DNA of 63,951 nucleotides, counting the filler, from Reclinomonas americana ATCC 50394 (taxonomy: Eukaryota): NCBI GenBank assembly GCA_048213135.1. It is 9 parts of 3 records of this genome, joined end to end, with 100 filler letters (N's around TTAATTAATTAA, not from the genome) between each part and the next. Parts side by side here need not be neighbours in the genome. Positions count along the whole stretch, not along the records: positions 28,507 to 44,434 come from PS015616.1; positions 44,535 to 49,470 come from PS015616.1; positions 49,571 to 55,814 come from PS015616.1; 6 more parts are not named here. One strand, given 5' to 3'. The position numbers and the translations under genes were made by a program. Below, in pieces: positions 38,501 to 49,702 of the stretch. Position 1 is the stretch's first letter. Each line of letters starts with the position of its first letter. The notes under the pieces were generated by a model. That model made no database searches, was not told the DNA's origin, and worked only from the letters and a program-made list of their open reading frames with translations.

Positions 38501-40601
38501 AGGCTTGGAGAACGTACCAGACGACACGTTTCGACGCCAGAATTCTCGGCTCGTTCCACTTTATCTGGTGTGTGTGTGTGTTAGAGAGAGTCTGTGTGTT
38601 TGTGTTTGTGTTGGTGCGCCTCTGTGTGTGTGTGTGTGTGTGCGTGTGTGTGCGTGTGTGTCTGTGTGTGTCAGTGTGTTTTTCTCCCGCAGCCTTTGTC
38701 TGCCGTGTCTGCCTCTCGGTCTCCCAACCTTCTCCACCTGCTCTCCTCACTCTCCCACAACAGGGATGCGTACTACGATAACATGGCCACCTTCACGTGG
38801 TATTCGGGACTGATTGCACCGGAAATCGCCAGCGGCTACCCGCGCACGCAGCCTCTCGACGCCATCCGCTCGTTGTGGCTCGAGGATCAGAAGCTTCTGT
38901 GGGATTTTGCCGGCACGTGGACATCAGCACCCGTGCTGTGGTATGTGCCGATCACGGCACCGACACTGGCGCGCAACAAGGTCGACCCGCTGTCGCAGCA
39001 CACAGTCGACGGATGGGTTGACTCGTTCGATGTGCGCTGCGGTCCGCTGCGCTTCTCGTGGCAGGTGCGCACCGACGGTTCGCACGGCGACGACACGGCC
39101 GTGTCAAAGTGGCCCGACGATTTCACTGTCGTGCCGGTGGGCGAGGACAATCATCACCGTGTGACGTTCTTGGTGCCGTCGCGGCCGTGGAAGTATCGGT
39201 GAGGAAACGGGGAAAGGGAGAGGGGAAAGGGAGGGAGGAGGGAAAGGGAAAGGAGAAGGGGGAGAGAGAGAGCGAACGGTGCAGTGTAGTGAAGCAGGGA
39301 AAGCAGAACATGAGCGAATGCAGTTAGAGGACCAGAAATGTGGTGCAGATTATGATGGGACGCATTGCACTGGCACATGCGCGAGGGAACAAAAGTTGAA
39401 GGAAAGTTTTTGCAGGGAGGTACTAGTGCGCTGATTTAGAGGAGTGCTGAAATATTGAGGGCAGCGGAGAGTGGCTTGAAAACAGATCAGTTTTCTTTGT
39501 CGCTGTGGAGTGCAGGCGAAAGACAGGCAGACTTCTGCGCTTCGCATTCCTGTATACAAGCGTTCTCCTAGCGCAACATGACAGTCTGTCTTTTGTCTTG
39601 TGCATGCCACGTTGCAGTCATCTTCCTTTGCACTCTCCCTTCGGAGATTATAGTGCTGTTTATTGTCTTGTGCATATCACTTTGCCTTCATACTCTTCAT
39701 GTGGAATTGCAGTGCTGTCTCTTTTGCATGTCACGTTGCACTCATCGTTCTCACTCTCCATGTGCTCTTTACTGTCGTTTGCATGTCATTTTGTCTTCTT
39801 ACTCTTCGTGGAAACTGCAGTGCTGTCTCTTGTCTTGTGCACGCCATGTTGCCGCCGTCGTCCATCACACTCTCCCTGTGGAGATTGTAGTGCTGTCTCT
39901 CACTCTCCTTTTGTGCGCCACTACACTGCGAGCGAAAGACTGCAGTGCTCTCTCTCTCTCTCCTTTTGTGCGCCACAATGCTTCCTGCGAAAGATGGCAG
40001 TGCTCTCTCTTGCCCTCGCAACTTTGCAGTCATCCTCTTTCCCGCTCCTCTCTTCTTTGCATGCTACTTCACTCTGCACCTTATTCAATATGGAGAAGTT
40101 GACGTGCTCGCTCGAGCATGTCATATCCCATTCGCGCTTCATGGGTGCTCTCTCCCTCTCTCTCTCCCCACCTTCCTGTCACTGAGGCCTCTCATCAGCT
40201 GGCAGCCGTTCTTCAGTGCGGTTATCAGCGACCTAGATGGCCAAGATCAATCTGCTCTTACTCACTCCATACCAAGCCAATGATGTGCTCTATCGTGGAT
40301 ACTTGGCACTATACGGGGGCAACATTTTTCTCTCCTCTTTCTTTTTCTCTTTCTCCCTCGCACACTCTTGTCCGTTGCTGACATGCGTTCTGCACGCAGC
40401 CTGTACATGTACGTGCTGGACTCGTGCAACAATGGCGCCGTGGCGAACGTGCCGTTCTATGTCAATGGCGTGCAAGACGACACGCAGGGTGGCACCAAGG
40501 TTCAGTGTGGGAGTCATGCGAGGTGTGTGTGTGGGTGTGATTGTTGTGCACTCATGATGGAGTGTGTGCAGGAGGTTACGATCGGCACGGCACACGGTTG
40601 A
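29115..40601 (+). CDS. Secreted ~1,800-aa protein: signal peptide, ~13 cadherin-like repeats, EGF-like domain, clan GH-A glycoside hydrolase, C-terminal Ig-like domain; about 26 exons
   Basis: Signal exon 29115-29203. Repeats include NNAPTDILLS, FTYSLASGAGSTHNSLF, LVGGDGSNDNNLFQV and IRVRCTD..EKQFAI. EGF motif KCQCNAGWFGDKCE. GH motifs GGNTIRLYD, KYHPALLAWNVGNE, GAYMLTEFG, TTWGSPIEGSSRDKA, LGSFHFIW and YRLYMYVLDSCNNGAVANVPFYV. All junctions are GT-AG and in frame. Confidence 0.85.
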
Positions 40602-40984
40602 CCGGAGAGGTGGAAGCGATTTCAAGTTATGCGATTACTTACAATATAATCTTTTGCGGTTTGTCTGTCACTGGAGTGGGGGAGAAGAAGAAGGGCGAGA
40701 TGGAGAGGGTGTTGGAGTGGGTTGAGGAGAGAGAGACAGGCAGACAAGGAGTACTGTTCATGTTAGGAGAGAGTGAGTTGCTACTCGTTCGTCATCAGTT
40801 GAGCCACCACACAACATAATTCGGATCCGGAAGAGTAGTTCTGTGTGTTGCACGTGTCGAGCGCGTTGTTCGACATCTGTGGCTCGTTTCCCGAAACAAT
40901 CGGGCTTGCCGGATTTCATTTGTGTCAGGTATTGACAGGACGGACAGCATACAATTTGTTGTCTGTTGCCCACTTAGCGAGCAA

Positions 40985-43114
40985 ATGATAGTCAAGGCGA
41001 TTTACACGCCAAAGCGTGGAGAGCCGGGTTTGCCACTCAGCAAAGGTACTATTGCCTGTCATGGTGGTGGTGTTTGTGAGCTGATGATGACATGCATTCT
41101 TCCGCGACAGTGTTCGTATTTTTCAAAAAGGCCACGACTGGAGCGTGGGCACCAGTGCGACCTGTCGCAGAGTACGAGTGTGATCAAGTTGAAAGAGTCA
41201 AGAAGCTGCGGTACGTGCCAGGAAAGCAGCGCTGGCAAGTCAAGTTAAATTTGGAGTTTGGAGATTATCACATCGGGGTGTGTGTGTATGTGTGCTGGCT
41301 TGTCTGCAGCCCCTTGAATGAGATGCTGATGTGTTGATGTACGCGCAGTTCTATGTGGTCGATCAGGCTGGTCATCACGAGTGGCGAGTAAGTGCGGCGC
41401 ACGACGTAGTCGACGACGAGCAGCTTAAGTGTCAAGTCAATCGCATTCCTGTTCGTGAGCCCCGGCAGTCACCAGATGAGGAGTATCGGATGCGACTCAC
41501 AGCACAGCACGAGAGAGACGAACTGGCGGTTGCCGTTGACGACCTCCGCGAATGTTTGGAGACGATGCGCCAACAACACGAGAAGCAACTAGACGATGCC
41601 GAGAACACCATCAAGCTGCTCACAATCGACCTTCACAACATGCAATGCATCAACGAGCAGCTGCAAGCGCAGCTTTCGGAGCTTCGCGGTGAGGCCTGCC
41701 GAGCGGCGGCAGCGGACGAATATATCGAGCGACTCAAGGCACAGGTTGTCACGTTGGAGACGCGACTTGCCGCAGCCGAGGAGATGGCGGAGGAGGAGGC
41801 TGTACGAGCGGATGAGCAGCGGCGTCTGCTCGAAGAGACACAAGCAGAGTGCAAGGCCTTGGACGAGCGCGTCACCACACTCCGCAGCACAGTGGAACAG
41901 CTCAACAAGGACAAGCAGGTGCTCGAAGACGCAGCCGCCAAGAACAAAAAAGTACTGGAGGAGCGTGGCGCTGTGCTCCTGTGTGCGATGGAGCGGCTGA
42001 TTCGCCTCGACTTTTACGCGGACGTGGATCTCAATCGTTGGCGGTCATGCACCGCTGACCAGGACTCCGGCGTCCACGACAACTGCGAGCAAACTCTGCG
42101 AGAGGTACTTCAAGCAGCGGGCAAGGAGCTTGCCCGAGTGAAGGCGGAAGCGGAAACGAGTTGGGTGCCACTGGTGGAGGGAGCAGTCAATCTGTGCGAA
42201 ATGGCGTACGGTTGCGGTGAGGCGGAGCCAGGCACAGATATGACAACGCGCGTGGATTACCTCCTTCGATATCTACACCACGACATCGTTGTGGCCACTG
42301 TTGAATTCCAGGAAGAGCTTCTTGGACGGCCGTCGGCAGACAACCGCGACAAGAGCATGCTCGAACGACTGGGTGAGTGCAAGCGCGGTCTTTCGGAGCT
42401 GGCGGCGCGCGACCGAGCACGACAAGCGCGAGAGGAAGCCGAGTCGGCTTCGTCACTGCCAGCAGTTCCACTCTTCGTGGCACGAGCCGGGGGTGCCGCT
42501 GATCGTGAGCGGCGTGTGTTCCCCTCCGTTAAGGTGATCAACGGCGCCGCAGCTGGTCAATCGTCGCCTGCGTTCGATGCCGTCAAGGTGCAGCTTGCCA
42601 TGCGGCACGGCAGCAGCGTTGGCTGGGACTGGAGCGGCGGTGCAGCCGGTGCCGGTCCGGCTGTCGGCGTGATGCTGGTGCAAGATGTTGTCGGCCGTGG
42701 TGCCATTGACGCTGCGACGATTGCAAGTGTCGCGGCGGAGAAGAACGGTGAGCTTGAGTGCCTTCTCGACAGGGTGGCTGTCTGTCTGTCTGTGTGCTGA
42801 CCACGACGCACAGTGAACCTCATGGACGGACGATCGACGCTGGTTCTCATGGTGGACGAAGCACACGTGGCGTCCCTTGTACCAGCGGCGCGTGCAGCAC
42901 TGGTGCCAGCGGTGGTGTCGACGCAGGAGGACTTGTTCTTTGTGGTGTTGAAGACAGTGAACCAGCAGGGTGAGTGGCACACGCAGCGCAGTGCGTGGGT
43001 CAGAAGGTTGACTGACTCGATCCACACCACACAATTGCAGGCAAACTGGCACTTGCACTCACTGAACACGGCAGCATGGCGGTGCGCGAGGTGGTCAACT
43101 GGTTTGCAAAGTGA
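40985..43114 (+). CDS. Protein with N-terminal CBM48/AMPK-beta-like glucan-binding domain, long coiled coil and C-terminal alpha/beta domain
   Basis: Spliced N-terminus ...RWQVKLNLEFGDYHIG|FYVVDQAGHHEWRVSAAHDVVDDEQLKCQVNRIPV matches the W...L.L..G.Y...F.VD..W......N.I.V pattern. Heptad-rich region ~41480-41980. The last two exons end ...VREVVNWFAK*. Confidence 0.72.
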
Positions 43115-43608
43115 CGGCTGGCAGCAGGCGAACTAAACACGAACATTCACTGCCATCTCAGCTTGTCACGAGTACGTTGCATGAAACGAGTGATAGAATA
43201 TCTTGGCATGCAACATTCTCTTGGAATGTACCCTCACTCTTCCTTGACCACCCATGTGTTGAAAGGCTCAGCTCATCCAGCTTGTCACGTTGCAGCACGA
43301 AGTGCAACTTGGCAGCTGCCTCAATGATCTGTATCCACGCTCTTCCACTCTCTCTCTCTCTCCCTCGACCACCCCCATGTATTGACCAGGGGTTTGCTTC
43401 ATCACCGAAATGCCACAAGTCGTCCATCATGGCCGTTTGCTTGTGTGTTACCCGCTTCAACTTGCGTCAGGTGTTTCCAAATTTGGCAGTGATTCAGGCG
43501 CGAGCCGCGCACAAAACAATTGGACAAAGATTTTATCCGGTCGGCGCGCGCGCAAGGCGGTGATCATAGAGAGAGGGTTTAGAGTAGAAAAGAAAGAGAG
43601 AGACACAC

Positions 43609-44434
43609 ATGAGCCGCCTCAGCGTGCGATTGCTGCTGGCGGGCGGTGCTGCAGCCATCGCAGCGATTGCATTGTACATGCTGTGGCGCATGCGCCGTCG
43701 GAGGCGATCACCTGCGGCCATCACCTCTGCAACCACTGTCACCGCCTCGTCCACGACAACAACAACAACAACAACAGCAGTGAGCGGCACACAGCCACCA
43801 GCAGCACATGTGGCCTCCTCCACTGCCACTGCCACTGCCGCTGCCCCGCTGTCATCATCATCGGCTCCCTCCACCAAGCCACGCTCCAGCTCGCCTCCTG
43901 CGCACCCGAGTCAGCTCCCAGTGGCGCCAGTGGCGAAGAAACGTGCGTCTGTGTCGTGGGAGGGAGTGAGCATGGCGAGAGCGAGATGACTGACCGACTC
44001 TCTCACACACGCACACAGCCGCGGCGGCAGTATCAGCAGCATCGTCGGCGGCCTCGAGCGCCTCATCGACTCCGCCTCCACGTGAGAGCCTGCGTGGATC
44101 GCCAACTCCGCCACCAGCATCCTCGTTGCCGGCGCACATGATGACAGAGGGTCGCCGCGCGTCGCTTCCCATGGCCATGCCGACGCAGCCGCCACCGCCG
44201 CCCTTCAAGGCCTCATCTCCGCCATCGCGCGCCAGTGGCGGAGGCAGCGGTAACAGCCACGGTCGATCATCGTCGATTGACTCGCCACTGCGCTCGCCGG
44301 CTTCGTCGGCGTCGTCGTCATCAAGTCCGCTGGCGGCAACTGCGGCTGCTGCGGCGGCGGCGGCGGCGAGTGGAGGCGGTGGTTTGTCACGCAACTCGCC
44401 ACTGGCGGCCTCGTTCCGACGTCGCGTGGTGGCG
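43609..44434 (+). CDS. 5' part of N-terminally membrane-anchored, S/P/A-rich protein; truncated by gap
   Basis: MSRLSVRLLLAGGAAAIAAIALYMLWRMRRRRR is a hydrophobic anchor with a basic flank. Intron 43943-44018 keeps the frame. Confidence 0.6.
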
Positions 44435-44605
44435 NNNNNNNNNNNNNNNNNNNNNNNNNNNNNNNNNNNNNNNNNNNNTTAATTAATTAANNNNNNNNNN
44501 NNNNNNNNNNNNNNNNNNNNNNNNNNNNNNNNNNGAGTTGCTGTGGTGGATGTGAGAAGAGCTGGGGGTGGAGAAGAGGGAGTTGATCTGCACGCTACAC
44601 GAAAC

Positions 44606-45466
44606 GAGGCATATCCACTGGCCGTCATGTCGGTGGCCTTTGTGCGTCGTGTCGGACTCTCCGAGTGGCGACGGCGAATGAGTGGTTGGTCGGCAAGGAA
44701 GTGTGTGCCGAATGTGGTGGACATTGGTGACGGACCCTGCAGGGGAAGAGATGAGAGAAGGCCAACAAGAAATCAATGAGAGACGACACACCTTGCCAGC
44801 GTTCTCCGATTCAATGGGATCGCTCTTCTTCATCTTGACAAGCACGGGCTCTGGTGCACCCCACGGTCGCATGATGCTCCTTGTCCGATCGCCGTACGGC
44901 TGCTTCATCGTCTCCAGTGAGTAGCCGGTGTTGTCGTACACCGGAGCGTGTCTTGCCTGCGTGCACGCGACGTGGGATGAGAACGAGAGTGTGCGATGGA
45001 AGAGTGCATCTGTGTAACTCACCACGGCCGTGCGTGGACTGCAGCGAGCGGATTTGAGAGAAAGAGTGAGCAGAGTGGAGTCGAGAGAAAGCAGTGAGAA
45101 GAGAGGATGGACTCACGCATACGCCGCATGTGCTGTGGATTGTGCACGCACAGTGGCCTCGCTGACGAGGTCGATGAGTGGATTCACTGTTGGCGCCGGC
45201 CTGCACACACACACACGCAATGAGCAGTGTGACACTCACGACTGTCGAGGGAAGATTGCACACACGCACCTCGAGGGCATGCTCGGCACACGTGCATCGC
45301 TCACATACGAGGTGGGGTCTTGTGGCCCTGGTTCGTTGGCCGAGTAGCCTGAGCGCTTCGCCACTGGCTTGCTCTCCAGCGGCTTGACGTACGTGAAGGT
45401 GGCGGCGGAGCGGGTGTGATAGAAATCAAAGGGATCCGCCGAGGCCTTTAGCGGAGCCGCAGTCAT
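44606..45466 (-). CDS. Multi-exon low-structure protein with repeated (S/T)GY motifs; possibly a ciliary microtubule inner protein (SAXO4/PPP1R32-like)
   Basis: Five in-frame exons from ATG 45466. Motifs KRSGYSANE, DNTGYSLET, MSTTFGTHF and TASGYAS. The family assignment is weak and the 3' end is in a gap. Confidence 0.55.
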
Positions 45467-45902
45467 GACTCTGCGGAAGGGGAGAGGGTGGAGAGGGGAA
45501 GGATGAGGGAGAGAGGGAGAGAGGGAGAGCGGAGAGGTGCGTGCGTGCGGAATTTACCTTTTGTGTCGGGGATTTGCAGGTGGCGCGCGGAGGAAGGGCC
45601 TTGCGTGGTGGGTGGGTGGGTGGTGTATGAGAGTGGCGTGTGGTGGAAGTGTCAAGGGAACGAGTCTGTAAGCGCGTGGCGGCTCCCGCGAGTGTAGAAT
45701 CGAACAACGCACGGAAAGAGCGCGAGCGCGCTACGGTTTACGGTCTACACAAATTTGGGAGGGGGTGGAAAAGGGAAAGGGTGGGTGAAGGAGGGAGAGG
45801 GTGAAGGAGAGAGGGGGGGAGAATGTAAGGGTCGTGTTGCTTCTGCTTGGATATGGGTGCAAAGGAGGAACGAGATCAAGCAATTTCATTCAGTGGAATT
45901 CG

Positions 45903-47570
45903 ATCAATCAATCATGCAATCGGAGAATCGTCTTCCTCACCTTCCCTCGGCCCCGCACGCCCTTCTCGCCAGCGCTCCCTCTCGACATGCTCCACAGGAA
46001 GCGGCTCGCTCGCACCAGCGACGATGAACACTCGCGGACGCGACTTCCGCACCTGTTTCGACGCCTTTTTCCACATTCCCCGCGGCCTCCGTCGCGCCAC
46101 CAGTGTCGATGACTTCGTCGCCTTTCTGCAGCAGTGTCTGGGCGCGCAGGTTGCCACACAGAACCACTTGTTTCGGGACTTGTGTTGTTGTAAGCGTTTC
46201 GAATTACGCGGACCGCGCGGCAAGCTGTCCTCTGTCCGGATTCATTGATTCACTCGACAATCAATCATGCAATCGGAGAGCGCATCGTCTTCCTCACCCT
46301 CTCTGGGCCCCGCACGCCCTTCCCGTCAACGCTCCTTGTCCACATGCTCCACAGGAAGCGGCTCGCTCGCACCAGCCACCATGAACACGCGTGGACGCGA
46401 CTTTCGCACCTGTTTCGATGCCTTCTTCCACATTCCCCGCGGCCTCCGTCGCGCCACCAGTGTCTGATGAATTCGTCGCCTTTCTGCAGCAGTGTCTGGG
46501 CGCGCAGGTTGCCACACAGAACCACTTGTTTCGGGACTTGTGTTGTTGTAAGCGTTTCGAATTACGCGGACCGCGCGGCAAGCTGTCCTCTGTCCGGATT
46601 CATTCATCGATCAATCATGCAATCGGAGAGCGCATCGTCTTCCTCGCCCTCTCTGGGCCCAGCGCGCCCTTCACGCCAGCGCTCCCTCTCGACATGCTCC
46701 ACAGGTAGTGGCTCGCTCGCACCAGCCACGATGAACACTCGTGGACGCGACTTCCGCACTTGTTTCGACGCCTTCTTCCACGTTCCTCGCGGCCTCCGTC
46801 GCGCCACCAGTGTCTGATGAATTCGTCGCCTTTCTGCAGCAGTGTCTGGGCGCACAGGTTGCCACGCAGAACCACCTGCTTCGGGGACTTGTGTTGTTAG
46901 CGTTTCGAATTACGCGGACCGCGCGGCAAGCTGTCCTCTGTCCGGATTCATTCATCGATCAATCATGCAATCGGAGAGCGCATCGTCTTCCTCGCCCTCT
47001 CTGGGCCCCGCTCGCCCTTCTCGCCAGCGCTCCCTCTCGACATGCTCCACAGGCAGCGGCTCGCTCGCACCCGCCACGATGAACACGCGTGGACGCGACT
47101 TTCGCACCTGTTTCGATGCCTTCTTCCACGTCCCTCGCGGCCTCCGTCGCGCGACCAGTGTCGATGAATTCGTCGCCTTTCTGCAGCAGTGTCTGGGCGC
47201 GCAGGTTGCCACGCAGAACCACTTGTTTCGGGACTTTTCGAATTGCGTGAACCGCGAGGCAAGCTGTCCTCTGTCCGGATTCATTCATCGATCAATCATG
47301 CAATCGGAGAGCGCATCGTCTTCCTCGCCCTCTCTGGGCCCAGCGCGCCCTTCACGCCAGCGCTCCCTCTCGACATGCTCCACAGGTAGTGGCTCGCTCG
47401 CACCAGCCACGATGAACACTCGTGGACGCGACTTTCGCACCTGTTTCGACGCCTTCTTCCACGTTCCTCGCGGCCTCCGTCGCGCCACCAGTGTCGATGA
47501 ATTCGTCGCCTTTCTGCAGCAGTGTCTGGGCGCACAGGTTGCCACGCAGAACCACCTGTTTCGGGACTTG
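45903..47570 (+). repeat. Five-copy ~350-bp tandem array of the 5' end of the EF-hand gene
   Basis: TCAATCATGCAATCGGAGA with ATGs at 45914, 46267, 46617, 46965 and 47298 (spacing 353, 350, 348, 333). The copies are near-identical. Confidence 0.95.
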
Positions 47571-47809
47571 TGGAGGCGTGCGGCGGCGGCGGGAGCAGCT
47601 CCGGGGCGCAGTGGAACGAATGGAGCTGTGGCGCACTCGGATCGGCAGACGCATCATCCGCGCGCGGATGGGAAGCTGTTGTGGGATCAGGTGGTGCGAT
47701 TGTGTGATGCGCTCTTTGATTTTGATGAGGTGAGAAAGGGGCAAAAGAGAGAGAGGGAGGGAGGGAGGGAGAGAAAGGGAGAATCGTGTGTGTGTGTGTG
47801 TGTGTGCAA

Positions 47810-47904
<95 letters not shown>

Positions 47905-49034
47905 CAGTTGAGATTCGAGGATTCATGACCGCATCTTGTCTCGTTGCTCACGTGTGCACAGTGAGTGTGTGAGAGAGAGGTAGTGTGTAAGGTGTGAGTT
48001 AGGCGTTGCATAAGGCGGGTTAGGTGCATCAAGACTGCAGTCATGTTCTCTCATTTGCATGCTCTAACTCACGTCCACACACTCACAAACTTTCTCACAC
48101 ACTCCACTCACTCTCTCTCTCACTCACTCACGCACTCACTCACTCACTCACTCACTCACTCACTCACTCACTCACTCACTCACTCACTCACTCACTCACA
48201 CACTCACTCACTCACTCACTCACTCTCTCACTCACTCACTCTCTCACTCACTCACTTGCCCGATCTCACTCACTCACTCACTTGCCCGATCTCACTCACT
48301 CACTCACTTGCCCGATCTCACTCACTCACTTGCCCGATCTCACACGCTCGCTCACTCACTCACTCACTCTCTCACTCTCTCTGTCCCACCCTCCCTCCCT
48401 CCCTCTCTCTCTCTCACTCATTCACTCATATATTCTCCTACTTTGTTTCCCTTGCACTCCTCTCGCCTTTACTCAGTCTCCTACTCGCTTGCACTCCCAC
48501 TCTATTCATGCTGCATCCTTCGACTCCTTTCCACCTTCCCGGTCACAGATCGCACCTTTCCCTTCACTGCTCCACGCCATGCCCTTCACTTTCCCTCACC
48601 TTACCCTCTCCTATCGTGCAGCTCAACTACGTCGCCCGCATTCGCAATTGGTACATGGCCCTGCCGCCGGTGCGTGCTGAGTGGGTCTCCCGCGACGAGG
48701 TGCACACGTTGCATGGCAAGATCGAGCACGAAGGTGTGCGCGCGTGTCTCTGCAGTCGTCGTCATCTTCAATGGTTGCCTTACTTTCTTCCGTGTAGAAA
48801 TGTCGGAGTCGCAGTTGGATGAGTTCCTTAGCACGTACACGCACGTGGTGGATGGCGAGGAGGATGGCGATGATGACGAGGGCAGCGAGGCCGGATCGCC
48901 ATCGCGAATGACGTGGCGGGAGTTCATGCAGGGCGCGTTGGCGCAGTTCCCGACGCTGCGCGCCAATGCTGTGTCGCTGACGCACCCGTACATTAATGAG
49001 ATTCGGCTGGCGTTTGAGGCGTTTGATGAGAATG
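47298..49034 (+). CDS. Degenerate EF-hand (calmodulin-like) protein, first 3 exons; continues into gap
   Basis: Exons 47298-47729, 48622-48733, 48798-49034. Motifs [51 protein letters not shown] and [13 protein letters not shown]. Confidence 0.7.
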
Positions 49035-49259
49035 GTGCGTGATGGGAGAAGGGGCTTATGTGTGAGAAGATGTGTCGTGCGACTGACTGCTTGGTGGTGG
49101 TGGTGCAGAGAATGGCGTGATTGATATGGTATGTCGGAGGGAGGAGAGGGCGGGGAAGGGGTTTGGAAGGGGAAGAGTGTGAGATCTCTGTCTCTCGCTC
49201 TCCGTTGCTTGCAGTGTGTTGTCATTTCGATATGTGGGAGGTGCTGAACTCTCTCCCCT

Positions 49260-49470
49260 TCCCCCTTCGTCTTCCCCCTTCGTCTTCCCCCTTTGTCTTC
49301 CCCCCATCGTCTTCCCCCTTCGTCTTCCCCCATCGTCTTCCCCCCCATCGTCTTCCCCCCCCCCATCGTCTTCCCCCCCCATCGTCTTCCCCCCCCATCG
49401 TCTTCCCCCCCCCATCGTCTTCCCCCCCCCATCGTCTTCCCCCCCCCATCGTCTTCCCCCCCCCATCGTC
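49260..49470. repeat. Minisatellite (CATCGTCTTCCCCCC)n
   Basis: About 12 copies with variable C-run length abutting a gap. Confidence 0.9.
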
Positions 49471-49702
49471 NNNNNNNNNNNNNNNNNNNNNNNNNNNNNN
49501 NNNNNNNNNNNNNNTTAATTAATTAANNNNNNNNNNNNNNNNNNNNNNNNNNNNNNNNNNNNNNNNNNNNACTACCTCCTCTCCCTCCCTCCCTCCTTCT
49601 CCCCTCCCCTCGCCTCCTCTCTCTCTCTCCTCTCACCCTCCCCCTCTCCCCCTTCACTCTCCCTCCCCCTTCTCACTCTCTCTGCTCTCTCCTCTCTCAC
49701 AG

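Noticed and set aside
29115..40601. Alternative genetic code or frameshifting to explain in-frame stops
   Set aside because: Every stop or frame change is removed by a GT-AG intron. TGA and TAG act as normal terminators.
45903..47570. CRISPR-like or other repeat-spacer array
   Set aside because: Units are ~350-bp whole duplications with no unique spacers. There are no cas genes and the context is eukaryotic. The same applies to the 10230 and 53145 arrays.
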